Shown here: positions 27,311 to 40,444 of the stretch, piece by piece | How positions within the stretch are numbered: the stretch's first letter is position 1 | How the letters are laid out: the number at the start of each line of letters is the position of its first letter | Assembly (NCBI RefSeq): GCF_001194135.2 | Contig: NC_068993.1 | Coordinates: 44,898,377-44,962,376 of the forward strand | Direction of reading: 5' to 3' | From: Octopus bimaculoides | Lineage: Eukaryota | Length of the DNA: 64,000 nt | The notes under the pieces: generated by a model | The model's input: the letters and a program-made list of their open reading frames with translations, nothing else | Told to the model about the DNA's origin: nothing | Databases searched by the model: none | Program-made: the position numbers and the translations under genes

Positions 27311-27755
27311 ATGTCTACTTCGTCTTTTTTTAAAGACAACAGGATGTGATTTCAGAGACATATGACTGTTATTTCTAACTAGTCAAATGACTATGTTGAG
27401 ACTACTTCATTGGCTTGTGGTTGCGATGTTGGTGGTGGTTGTGGCATAATCAATGTCAAAACTCAAAACAACTGTATTTTTCCAAAGTGTCTTTTTTTCT
27501 TTTTTCTTTCTCTTTTCTCTTCTTTGTTAGTGCTATGTTTAGATACAAAGCCTTGGTATTGTCAGGAACCGATATTGAAAATGTTCTGATAGACTAACAT
27601 CTGACTTGGAGAACAGTTGGATGCTAGACAATATGCTTTATGGTATCTATTTGTTGTTAGTCTTCTTTTTTCTATTTATTTATTTATTTATTCAAGCTGA
27701 CATAGTGGTCATTCATGGTTGTTTTTTTTTTATTTTTTCACATTTGGATACCTTT

Positions 27756-27791
<36 letters not shown>

Positions 27792-28693
27792 NNNNNNNNN
27801 NNNNNNNNNNNNNNNNNNNNNNNNNNNNNNNNNNNNNNNNNNNNNNNNNNNNNNNNNNNNNNNNNNNNNNNNNNNTCTTTTATAAGTTATGAAAACTGCA
27901 GCAAGCATAAAACAAACATTGCTTCCTGCCTGTATATTTCTATATTCTGTGATCCTTCTTATCACCCATCGTTCCTGCCACTAATTTCCATACCCCTTTT
28001 ACTCACGGCTTTCATTCTGTAAAGAGGTTGGCAGGTTAGCTGTGATGCGGAATCATAGAGCCTCTTTTAAGTCCTGTTGAGAACATGTCACCCCCTCTAG
28101 TGTGGATGGCATGAAAAAAAAAAAAGGGACCAAAAATCTGTAACGTGATTGGTGCTAGAAAAGATATCTCTCCATAGAAGCTAAGCTGAACATCGAACAT
28201 GTGCAATATGTGGTCTTCTGACCTTTCTAGATGAGAGGTACCCCTGAATACATGCTGACTCTGACCTTGGTGATACTTGGAGAGTGGACGTAAAACAATG
28301 ATGATGATGTTCTCTTTACTAAAGGTATAATTTCAATTATTTTAAAATTTCTTGACTTACTACATCAAAAATACTTGTGATCTCACTATTTTTTTCAGTC
28401 ATTTGACTGTAGTGGTGCTGGGGCAACATCCTGAAGGGTTTAGTCAAATGAACCTCAGTACTTTTTTTTTTTTTATCGATCTCTTGCTGAACAGCTAGGT
28501 TATGGAGATGTAAACAAATTTGGATGTAAACAAACCATCACCAATTGTCAAGTGGTGGTGGTGGGGAGACAAACACAAAGACACAGACGCACACACATGC
28601 ACATATATGATGAGTTTATGCACAGTTTCCATCTACCAAATTCACTCACAAGGCATCGGTCAGCTCAGAGCTATAGAAGGAACCTACCCAAAG

Positions 28694-28924
28694 ACGTCGA
28701 GCTGGCAGAAACGTTAGCACGTCGGGTGAAATGCTTTGTGGTATTTCATCTGCAGCTACATTCTGAGTTCAAATTATGCCGAGGTCGACTTTGCCTTTCA
28801 TCCTTTCGTGGTCGATTAAATAAGTACCAGTTACGCACTGGGGTCAATATAATCGACTTAATTCTTGTCTGTCCTTCTTTGTCCCCGCTGTGTGTAGCCC
28901 CTTGCGGTCAGTAAAGAAATAAGT
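28694..28924 (+). mobile_element. Young SINE (family A: GAGCTGGCAGAA...TTCATCCTTTCG..GTCGAT..AAATAAGTACC) inserted into an antisense family-B SINE
   Basis: Perfect 13-bp TSD AACCTACCCAAAG at 28681-28693 and 28925-28937; CpGs retained; host SINE continues on both sides (~28390-29010). Confidence 0.88.
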
Positions 28925-29486
28925 AACCTACCCAAAGGTGCCATACAGTGGGACTGAACCCCAAACCATATGACTGCGAAGCAAACGTCTTAACCACACA
29001 GCCATTCCTGGCTATTACTTTTTTTTTCTGCGCTTCCCCCCTTCCCCCAGCAGCAACTATTTCAACTCTGTTTCCTACATTTACATGTCATCTGTTGAAA
29101 TTCTGGCACTGTAAGAATTAAAACGTATATGAAAGGCTTCTTAAATTGCCTACAACTTATTTGTGATTTCTTTGATTTTACTTGTGTATATTTTTTTTTA
29201 ACAAGAAATGTACATGTGAATTTCTCTTGCTCAACATCCTTCACTTTCCAAGCACTCTCACATCAACATATATAAATGTGTGTGTGTGTGCAAGAGAGTA
29301 ATATTCTTTGTGTGCAGTAGTGTCTCATATAATTGAAGTTTCCATTGAAATATTTTTTTTTTTATCAAGCATTTACTTATATACTTCATACTTCTACAAG
29401 TTATCTGTGCTTTCTGGTTGCCTATTTTTAAAAACATTAAAACAATCAAAACTGGTTTTAAACAATTTAATAAACTGGAAAAATAT

Positions 29487-29711
29487 TTAACCCTTTAGTA
29501 TTCAGATTACTCTATCGAATGTAATGTTTATTTATTCACACTGTTTTGAATTAATAATGCAATATCTCATAGTTTTGGGATTTTGATGATGTGATAGCGT
29601 ATTTTTAGAATATTTTAGTATAGGTATGAGAGGCCGGATCTGGCTGGTTTGAGCATAAAACAGGTAGAATATCTGGGCTGGATATAGCCAGCTTAAATGC
29701 TAAAGAGTTAA
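29487..29711 (+). mobile_element. piggyBac-like MITE family 1 (TTAA-flanked)
   Basis: TTAA|CCCTTTAGTATT ... AATGCTAAAGAG|TTAA. The same internal sequence recurs at 16445-16668, ~49718-49950 and ~54227-54455. Confidence 0.8.
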
Positions 29712-31295
29712 AGAAAATAACCTCAAAAAAGCATTCATATTTACACGAATACATACCAGTGCATGCATGATAATGTGGTTAAGAAGCCTAATTTGCAACC
29801 ATGTGATTTCAAGTTCATTTCCTCCACTACATGATACCTTGGACAAGTACCTTCTACTATAACCTCCGTTGACCAACACCTTGTGAGCAACCATAGTAGA
29901 TGGAACTGTGTGGAAGCCTGTTATGTATTTGTGACAATGTTTGTTCCCTACCACACACACCACAGCCATAACATTATACTGCATACTTTCTTACTTTAAT
30001 CCTGTTTTCATTTTGCTGTCATCCAGTATGAAGTATATGTTGCTCAGCACAGAAGTGCCAAACATTTAAATACATGGATGCTTTGTAACCTGCAGAAAAT
30101 TACGTACTTTATAATGGAGATAAGAATACACTCTATGATACATTTATAATCAATAAATATATTTTATGCACTAAATATAAATAATATAAGTAAATAGTAC
30201 ACTAAATAATGCACTACAAGGTAAAACATTACTAGGGAAATAAAACAGTATATGTGTATAATGTGTGTGTGTGTGTGTGTGTTTAATATATGTGATGTTT
30301 AATATATGATGATGGTGGTGGTGTTGGTGGATCTCCATTGTTTGGCAATAGGGATTCAGTTGTTTGATTAACTGAATTACCATGTAAGTGGTTGAGTGTT
30401 CCATAGATATATATACCCTTAATGTAATTATCAGGCAAAATCAGCCAGACAGTGTGTGACAAGGCAATACCTTTTGAATTATAGATACAATCCACCTGAT
30501 GGGCTTTTTATAGAGTTTCTGTTTACCCTAATTTTACTCACAAGGTGAAGTTGAGGTAGAAAATGATATTTGCTCAAAAGGCCATGCAGTAAGCTTAAAT
30601 CTAGGATCTTGTGTTTGTAAAGCCACTTTCTTAACCATTTGGCTGCACTGCATCTGCTATGCCCCATGTTACATACTATTGAATGGATTAGGTATCACAT
30701 CATGTAACATGCTATATAATGTGTTATATACACGTAAGAATATACTATATTTTTCTACGCTAGGCACAAGGCCCAAAATTTTGGGGGAGGGGCCAGTCGA
30801 TTAGATTAACTCCAGTATGCAACTGGTACTTAATTTATCAACTCCAAAAGCGTGAAAGGCAAAGAGACCTCAGCGGAATTTGAACTCAGAACATAAAGAC
30901 AGACAAAATACAGCTAAGCATTTCGCCTGGCATGCTAACGTTTCTGCCAGCTCACTGCCTGAAGAATATACTATATTACAATATTAATCTATCTTAAAGG
31001 ATGGCTCTATGCCTTATACTTTGAATTTTCTTGCCTCTTATATTGTAACCAGTTATTTTGGTCCCTTACCTAGAAAGAATCCCTATCAATTTTGCAGAAT
31101 CCCCTTTCCACAACACTTTAACCATGATGCTTATGTGAACAGTATTTCTAGAGAGAAAGCTTCCTTATTTATATCCAACCTCACTTGGCACACACTTAAT
31201 AAACCTCCTTCTAAACTAACCCTTTCCACTCCACCAGCACACATACACACACTTGCCACATATACACCACACACACACTGCATGTGTGGGGATGG

Positions 31296-31339
<44 letters not shown>

Positions 31340-34300
31340 CTATGTGCATGTGTATCTTTATGTGCCTATGTATTCATATATGTGTAGCCATTATACTTCA
31401 TATAAATGCAACAACACATTAACCAAATCTTTATTCTCTCATTCCATTAAATGTGATAAAAGGAGAAAAATGGCAGGCACTGGTCTGAATTGTTGTTGCA
31501 TAGGATTTACCGAAGGTTTTTTTTTTTAATTTGACAGTTTGTATATAATATGTCAATATAAGATGAAGAGAGAATGTTCTTTATTCTACATTAATGATAT
31601 CACTATGTTTGTAGGCTTTAAGCATTTGCTTTAATGGCCACATAGTTCCTCTTTAATTTAGAATATACTGAGATATACGAAAAACCTGTTCTCATAAATT
31701 AAGTCCTAGATTTATTTTTGCTAAATAATATTCAAAGAATTATGTAAGTGGTGGAAAGCAGAAACAGTGGAGTGCAACAGATAATGTCTTGTAGCATTGA
31801 ACTTGCTCTCTCTTTCTCTCTCTCTCTTTCCTGAGTTGATGCTATTATGGTTGGCTTTGCATTTCATCCTTTTCAAGGTTGAGAAAATGAGAAGCTAGCA
31901 AGTATTGGTGTTGATATAATTTACTATAGCTTCTCTCATTGATACTATGGTTTGTGTATGTTTGTGACACTTTGCTGAGCTCACTTCGCTCTCAATAATT
32001 AATAACTGTGTGTTATAATTCATCACTGTAAGCAACACCAACACTCTAGAACTGATGAAAGCTGACTTGAAGTTCTTTAGATGATAAGTTGAGTGAGTGG
32101 TATCATACTCTGAGATAGATGTACCTATCTTTTGGCCTAGTAGACTGTGGGTGGTTGAGTTCTGTCTCTTTATGGTCACAGTTCATAATATTATGGTTGA
32201 CTTTTTAAGGCAGTGAGCTGGCAGAATTGTTAGCATGCCAAGCAAAGTGTTTAGTGGTATTTCATCTGTCTTTATGTTTTGAGTTCAAATTCTGCCGAGG
32301 TCATCATTTCCTTTCATCCTTTCGGGGTCGATGAAATAAGTTGATTACATTGACTGGGCTTAATGTAATCAACTTATCCCTTCCCCTGAACTTTCTGGCC
32401 TTGTGCCAGAATTTGAAACCAGTATTATGGCTGATTTTGCATCTGATCACCTCCAGGGTTGAGATAATACCAAGCAAGTATTGTGTTAACTATAGATTCC
32501 TTCATTGGTACTGTTGTTTCTGTATTTGTCACCAAGACGTTGAGATGAACTCCCCTAGCTCTTAGATAGATAAACACAATGTTGTATAGTTCATCACTGT
32601 GGGCAGCATCAGTTTTGTGCATATATATATATGTGTGTAGGTATGGTTGTGTGCACTGCAATTTGCTACCCAATCATATGCCATTGTATGAAACCTGGGG
32701 AAGTTGTCTTCTACTCTAGCCCTGAGCTGATCAAAGCCTTGTGAGTGGATTTGGTAGATGGTGACTGAAAGAAATCCATTGTATGCACATGCATAATTGT
32801 GTGTGTGTGTGTGTGTGTATTATGGTCTCCTTGCCTTGACAACATGTGATAGTTATAAAGTGTCACTGTCATGCAAATGGAGTCATTTGTCTCCAATCTT
32901 CCATGTAAACATGACTGGCAATGGGAAAATATTATTTTACTTCAAAATAGGTGAGGGTTGATGGCAGGAAAGGCATCCATCCATAGGAAATCTGCTTCAG
33001 CAAATTCTATCCAATTTGTGCAAGCCTGAGAAATCATCATCCTTTAATGTCTATTTTCCACACTGGCATGGGTTGGACAGTTTGACCAGAGCTGGCAAGT
33101 TGGAGAGCTGCACCAAGTTCCAGTCTGATTTGGCATAGTTTCTACAGCTAGTTGCCCTTCCTAATGCCAATCACTTTACAGTGTGTGCTGGGTGCTTTTA
33201 ATGTGGCACCAACACATGAATGCTTTTTATGTGGCACAGCACAGCGCAAAGTGGATATTAAATCAATGATAATGACATATACACGACAGTCATCTTTCAG
33301 TTTCCATCGACCCAATCGATTCACAATGCTTTGGTATACCCAAGGCTATAGTAGAAGACACTTACCTGAATCCAAAATCATGTGGTCAGAAAGCAGATAT
33401 CTTACGTGTATCAGTACATATATAAAATATCTAATGTTTGCTATATTTCATACAACTTAACCTGTTGATTTAATTTATTATTGATTTACACTTAGCCAAT
33501 ATTTATTTATTTGTTTAATTATTTAGTCAACAAGATGTTACTACAACTTACGTAATGTGTTTTACATATGTTACTCACTGACATTTCAAATTTCAAACAC
33601 GCAAAATTTCAAAAACATAAATTTTTTACTTGTATTGCAATAGCTTAACATCTAAATCAATCAGACATCTGTCTTGAGTTGACACTTGTATTGTATATCT
33701 TCAAGTATTAAAGGAGTGGTCCTTAAGGCTTGGGCTGATAGTATTAGGGTTGTTGGGCTGGTAGTATTAGAATTTGTTGTTGTGATCTAGGGCTACTTGA
33801 TTCATCACCACCACCAACACCATCATCATCATTAGCTTTAACATCTATGTTCCATGCTAGCACAAGTTGGATGGTTTGACAGGTCCCAGTGAGTCCAAGG
33901 ACTGCATCATGTTCCAGTGTCTGCTTTGGCATGGTTTTTATGGCCATATGCCCTTCCTAATGCCAACCACTTTGCAGCATGTACTGGATGCTATTTTTTT
34001 TGCGCAAGTGACACAAATTAGGTCACCATGCAGCTCACAAGACTACAAGAACTTGAGGTGGAGGTATGCAAGGTAATGAGGGTTATGTTACGAGAAAAGG
34101 GAGTAGGACAGAGCAGGTTCTTGTTGTAGAGGAGCTATGTTTAGAGGGGAGAGTAAGCAAACTTATAGTCAAAGCCATTCTATTTCTGATTCATCATCAT
34201 TTAGCGCCTGTTTTCCATGCTGGCATGGGTTCGATGATTTGACTGAAACTGGTAAGCTGGAGAGCTGCACCAGGTTCCAGTCTGATTTGGTATGGTTTCT

Positions 34301-34470
34301 ACAGCTGGATGCCCTTCCTAACGCCAACCACTCCAAGAGTGTAATGGGTGCTTTTTACGTGCTACCAGTGCTGGTGCCATTTACGTGACACTGGCATCGG
34401 CCACAACTACAGTTATCTTGTTTTTATTTTATATCATGAATTACATTGTTCAATGTGGTTTTTCTGGTCT

Positions 34471-34690
34471 TTAATCCTTTTGTTACCATATTTCTGTTGA
34501 AATACATGGTCTGAATTTCAATTAATTTGTAAAATAAGGAAGAAATTTTTGAAACAACTTTTTTCATTGTTAAGCTGGTGTTTGGGACATCAAATTTTGA
34601 TGGAAGATTTTTATCTAGATCACTTTAAAACGGTGGTTGCATCAGAGAACCAAAGATGGTCATAGACAGGTTGTTGTCAAAAAAGGTTAA
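34471..34690. mobile_element. piggyBac-like MITE family 2 (partial second copy at ~58320-58420)
   Basis: TTAA|TCCTTTTGTTACC ... TGTCAAAAAAGG|TTAA. The 3' half resembles 58320-58420, which ends ATCAAAAGGG|TTAA. Confidence 0.6.
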
Positions 34691-35399
34691 AGCAGTAATG
34701 TGTGATTCGAGAGAGATTTGGCTGCTATTTCTATCAGGCTGAACAACTACATAAGGAGTTCCATCATCGAGTTGTTCTTCTAACTCATCTGATACATCGA
34801 CATGACTAGGTTAACTGGCATTTGAAAAATTTGGACTCAGTACTGTAAGGTGATCAACCATGCTTGAGATTGCAGGTGTTTAGCATGTCTTCCAGGAACA
34901 ATGACAATAATAGGATTTGAACACTTAAACTTTCAACAGAGCAAGCCAATATCTTATTAACTATGGGAATCTGTTACAAATGATCACTCTAAAAATATTA
35001 GGCATTATCTCCATTCCCATTATCTTTCTTCCATAGTCATTAATAATCTTGATTATAGGAAATATTAAAAGGAGGATGACATATATTCCAATCCTCTTCC
35101 TCATGCCTGAGTGGTTCCCGCATCAGAAATTGACCAGTTTCAGATTTCCTACATAATCATGTATTCTGTTCAAGAACAAAACATGCCTGCTGCACATTAT
35201 GAATATAGGAACCCTGATGTATGTGCTATATTAATCTGTGAGCTTACGGCGCCAATGCAAACTCAAGAGACAAATTTAACGTATGAGACTTGAGAAAATG
35301 TTCAGCTATCAAAAGCATTAATTGGTTTATCCCTGAGAAAATTTTGTGTTGTAACGAGATGATGTACATATGTTGCTGAGATTGAAGATTTGATAATAA

Positions 35400-36433
35400 T
35401 GATAAATTCTTTCTGCTACAGGCTTAAGATCTGAGGCTTTTGAGGGAAGGAGACCAGTCGATTACATTGATACCAATGCTCAACTGGCACTTTTATCAAC
35501 CCCATAATGATGAAAGCTAAAGTCAACTTTGGTGGAATTTGAACTCAGTATATATACCTGGAAGAAATGCCACTAAGTATTTTGCCTGTCATGCTAATGG
35601 TTCTTCCAGTTCACCGCTTTTCATTTTAAAATAGTATCTAATTTAGGAACAGGGCCATCAGTTTTGAGAAGAGGATGGTAATTGAGAACGTTGACTCTGG
35701 TACTTATTTTATTGATCCTGAAAGGACAAAAGGCAGGGTTTTGACTTTGGTGGGATTTGGACTCAGAAAGTAAAGAAATGGAACAAATGCTGCAAGGTAT
35801 TTTGTTTGATGTTCTGACAGATTTAGAAATTCACAACCTTTTTAATAATAGTAATCATGTTTACAAATTTTGGCACAAGGCCAGCAAGTTTGATGGAGGC
35901 GGGGCTAGTCAATTACATGGACCCCAGTACTCAACTAGTACTTATTTTATTGACCCTGAAAGGATATAAAGTGAAATCGACCTTGGAAGAATTGAAATTC
36001 AGAATGTAAAGCCAGATGAAATACTGCTAAGCATTTTGAAGTCCGCTGCCTTAATAATAATAATAATCATAATAATAATTATTATTATTTCTACTCTAGG
36101 CATAAGGCCTTGAAAATTTTGGGGTGAAGGGGGCTAGTTGATTACATCAACCTCAGTGCATAACTGGTACTTATTTCATTGATTTCGAAAGGATGAAAAG
36201 GTGGGGGGTTGATGAAATAATAATAATAATAATATAATAATCCTTTCTGCTCTAGATACAAGGCCTGAAATTTTGGGGCTAACTGATTACAATTCTCAAC
36301 TGGTACTTATTTTATTGACTCTGAAAGGATGAAAGGCAAAGTCTTTGGTCGGATTTGAACTCAAAATATAAAGATGGGTGAAATGCTGCTCAGCATTTTT
36401 CTAGTATGCTAATGATTCTGCCAGCTTGACACC

Positions 36434-36435
<2 letters not shown>
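35400..36435 (-). mobile_element. Head-to-tail array of about five family-A SINE copies separated by (AAT)n tails
   Basis: Recurring CTGGTACTTATTT / GAAAGGATGAAAG / GAATTTGAACTCA blocks. Confidence 0.8.
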
Positions 36436-36466
<31 letters not shown>

Positions 36467-36468
36467 TC

Positions 36469-36665
36469 ATCGTTCACTAGATAACAAATGGCACTCTTCT
36501 TTTAATTTTGACTCTGTATCTTCAGGAGGAGTTACCTCAATCCTTTCTATATTAACCAAAATGAAGTAGATTGACAAATTTATTTTTTGAACCAGTTGAA
36601 GACACACGAGATGTCGAAATATCGTTCACTAGATAACAAATGGCACTCTTCTTTTAATTTTGACT
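36469..36665. repeat. Perfect 45-bp direct repeat (36469-36513, 36621-36665) enclosing 107 bp of unique sequence
   Basis: ATCGTTCACTAGATAACAAATGGCACTCTTCTTTTAATTTTGACT read twice. Confidence 0.92.
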
Positions 36666-37119
36666 TTAATAATAATAATGATGATGATGATGATGATGAT
36701 TATTTGTTCTTTATCATTTTGTTGGTTGGTGCTGGTGCTTATAAAACAATCAATTCCATAAATTGCGGTTTGTTTTACTTTGATGATATTGTATTAAACA
36801 TACTATTACATCTTTGAGTTTGCTTGTTTTCAATTTTCTCTTTGAACTCAGAATTTTACATTTGAAGTAAACTTTGCATTAAATATCCAGCATGTCATGA
36901 ATTTTGCATCACACTTGTAGCTATCACTCCTGTGGTTGTCACATCTGCAACTCCCTTGCTTACAGTCCAACATGTGGTAATTACACTTGTACTGCCATCT
37001 ACTTTTCACTCACATCTTTGATTACAACACCAGCAGAGCCATTTTCTCTCTTCATACTGGTGGTTACTGCACCTGTGTGCCATCATATACATCCTCCCAT
37101 ATCCGTGGTTATCACATCA

Positions 37120-37350
37120 TCATTTTTATGTTCATTTTGCCCTGCTTACATGGGTTGGATAGAATTTGTTGAGGCAGACTTTCTATGGTCAAATGCCCTT
37201 CCTGTCATCAACCCCCACCTCTTTCCAAGTAAGGTAATATTTCCCCATGACCAGACATGTTTTCGCAGGAGAGTGGAAACAAAAGACACTGCTGTTTAAT
37301 CCTGACACTTGTTTACAACTATCACGCAATGTCAAGACAAGGAGACACAA
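37120..37350 (-). mobile_element. Family-D SINE (TTTCCAAG.AAGGTAATATTTCCCCATG.CCAGACATG) sharing the family-C tail
   Basis: The same body recurs near 1585, 2670, 10560, 32820, 40500, 51345 and 54560. Confidence 0.8.
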
Positions 37351-38657
37351 ACTCATGCACACACCTACATACCAGCTTCTATCAGGTTCTGTCTACCAGA
37401 ACCACTCAGTATATTTTGGTCAGCAAAGACACTTGGCCAAGGTGCCACACAATGAGATTGAATGCAGAACCATGTTGTTGGGAAGCAAGCTTCTTAACTC
37501 AAAACCACACCTGCACCTTAGCCACACCTGTTTTCATTAATTTGCTCTAGCACATGTTATATAATATGCCTGAGCTTTGTTTTATCGTCAGCTTTCCATT
37601 ATACCTTGCATTTATTTCAATAAACATTCCATCACATCTGGGATTTGTTTCCATAGTTTTTCTTGCCAGCTTGTATCAGAGAAAATTAATGAACTGTTAT
37701 TGATTCTTAAAGATCTCTGTTCTTTGTGTTTTCTCAATTATTTGCAACTAATTTAATGAAGAAATGTCTATTAATGATTCGTTTCCTCATATAACAAAGA
37801 CTTTGGTCTGTTTAGAAATTCTCTAGTAATTGCATTATTCTGTCTTGGAACTAATCTGTTTTTGTTTTTTTTTATTTTCTTTTGATGTGTTATGTACTAA
37901 AGTGAGAAATTTTGTTGGTAACTTTCTGTCTTTTTCTTGTTGCAATGATTGGACTGTGGTCATGCTGGGGCACCATCTTGAAGGGTTTTTAGTTGAACAA
38001 AGCAGCTCCAGTACTAATTTTAAGTCTGGTACTTATTCAACCAGTCTCCTTTGCCAGACTGCAAAGTTATGGTGATGAAAACAAACACCAGTTGTTAAAT
38101 GATTACGGTGGTGGTGGTGGTGGTGGAGACAAGCGTACACACACACACATACACACACACACACATACACACATGATGGGCTTTCACACAATTTCCGTCT
38201 ATCAAATTCATTCATGAGGTATTGTTATAGTTTTGGCTGATGGCTATAGTAGAAGACACTTGCCCAAAGTGCCACATAGTGGGACTGAAACCAAAACCAT
38301 GTGATTGCAAAGTGAGCTTTTTAACCACACAGTCATGATGCCTCCAACTATATTTCTAGAATATTTCTGTACATTTTCAGTGCATTTATTCATTATACCA
38401 TGTTCTTGAAGATAATAATTATGTGATTATTTGTAGCTCCCAAAATATGTGATGCATAGAAAAACAAACATCTGGAAACAATTTGGGAAAGTACTGACTG
38501 AAACTATAGGCACAAGCATTGCTGTGTGGTTAAGGAACTTGCTTCCCAACCATGGTCTTTGGTTCAGTACCACTTTGTGCAAGTATCTTTTACAATAGCT
38601 TTGGGTCAACCAAAGCCTTACAAATGGATTTGAAAGACAGAAATTGAAAGGAAGGCG

Positions 38658-38692
<35 letters not shown>

Positions 38693-38771
38693 AAAATTAA
38701 CGTTATATANNNNNNNNNNNNNNNNNNNNNNNNNNNNNNNNNNNNNNNNNNNNNNNNNNNNNNNNNNNNNN

Positions 38772-38806
<35 letters not shown>

Positions 38807-40198
38807 AAGTGTTGTAGTTTACTTGAAGCATTGTAGTACAGAAGTAGAAAAATAAATGAAATGAGAAATAAGGAAAGCTTCTTTCTGCATTAATAGAAGC
38901 TTTCCTTAATTTTCATTTCATTCGTTTTCCTGTGCGGGTGGCACATAAAAGACACCATTTCGAGCGTGGCCGTTTTCGTGCGGGTATTCAGCTGAGTTAC
39001 TATCCACTACTCGGTCACTTTGAAATAAGCAGTTTAGATTGCTAAATTGCAGGTTTAGCCTTCTGTTACCAAACCAATAAAACTTGTGCACAACTACAAT
39101 AATTAGTCCTGGATGTACTAAGGCAGTAAAATTAGTATTACATGTGCAGTATAATTAATTAATAATTAACCAGGTGTAACAACCTGCTTGATGAAGTCTC
39201 TGTTTTCTCCTGCTGTTGCTATTAATTTGGGGAGGTCTTTTCTCTCAGTCATAATTCATCTCTCTGCTCCAGTGCTTGTTAATATGGCTTGCTTTTGTCA
39301 AAATTAATCTTTTGGCGATATACAAGCTCTTATGAATGGTTCAGCTCTTTTTCCTGGAACGCTGAATATCTCTGTTATAAGTGTAGCATTATGTAAGTTC
39401 AAAGTCCATATTTCCATGATGGAGAACTCTATTATTAGCCATAGTTTGATCTTTGCCTCTATCTTTTATTCTTTCTATCTTTCTCTCTTACTTTCTCCCT
39501 TCACTTTCTTTTTCTTCCTTCACAATCTCTCTCTCTCTCTCTTTCCCTTTTCCCTTCACTTTCTCTTCATTCACAATCAGTTTCTCTCTCTCTCTCCCCT
39601 CATTTTCACTCTGCTTTCTTCTTTCTTATCATCATGTCTCTTCCTCCCTCCCTTTTTCCTGTCTTTCATCTCCTCTTCCCCTCTCACCTTTACTCTCATT
39701 CAAATATTAGTAACTTCCAATCCTAGATGCAGATGACCTTAAAAGCAATCTCCACATCTCTCATAGCTATGCATTTTTGTTTTTTTGATAACCTCAAACC
39801 TCAGCACATTTCCTTTTAACCAATCTCATTTATAGTCACCCCCAAATTACCAAATATTAATTCAAATGCTTCAATTATCAATACTGAGATCACATTATAA
39901 ACAGCCATTTAAAATACCTTTTGAACTAATACTAAACTGGTTAACTATCAACCTCACTGCTCGACTAGAGGGCAATGCATCTTTGCTGTTCATTCAAAAT
40001 CTTCAAACCACTGTAATGCAAATTTTCTCTTTCATATTTTTTATCACACAATATGCACAGATATGACTGTGTAATATGAAATTTGCTTTCAGGCTCAGCC
40101 CCACTGTCTTCTACTATAGCCCTGGAACAACCAATGTCTTGTAAGCAGATTCGGTAGATGGAAACTGAAAGAAGCCCATTGTGTGTGTGTGTGTGTTT

Positions 40199-40234
<36 letters not shown>

Positions 40235-40236
<2 letters not shown>

Positions 40237-40444
40237 GTCTGTGCACATCTTTCAATGCAATGTGTGCCAGAAGTTTTGCAAATCTAACAGAAGCCTCAAA
40301 AGACATTTTAAGATCCACAAAAATCAGAACTTATCTGCAGCTCTTGGTGGTCCAAATCAGATATGCAATCTATGTGGGTGTCTTTTCAAAACATTGTCTG
40401 GTTTAAAAAGCCACATAAGATGCCATGATGGTTCTAAGGTGTAG
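40235..40444 (+). CDS. Intact 69-aa ORF with two C2H2 zinc fingers; most likely the C-terminus of an RTE-type LINE ORF2, expression unknown
   Basis: MSVHIFQCNVCQKFCKSNRSLKRHFKIHKNQNLSAALGGPNQICNLCGCLFKTLSGLKSHIRCHDGSKV*. Both fingers fit C-x2-C-x12-H-x3-H (40256-40318 and 40364-40426). The linker is 15 aa and not TGEKP. No splice acceptor upstream; it follows a (CA)n tract. Confidence 0.55.
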
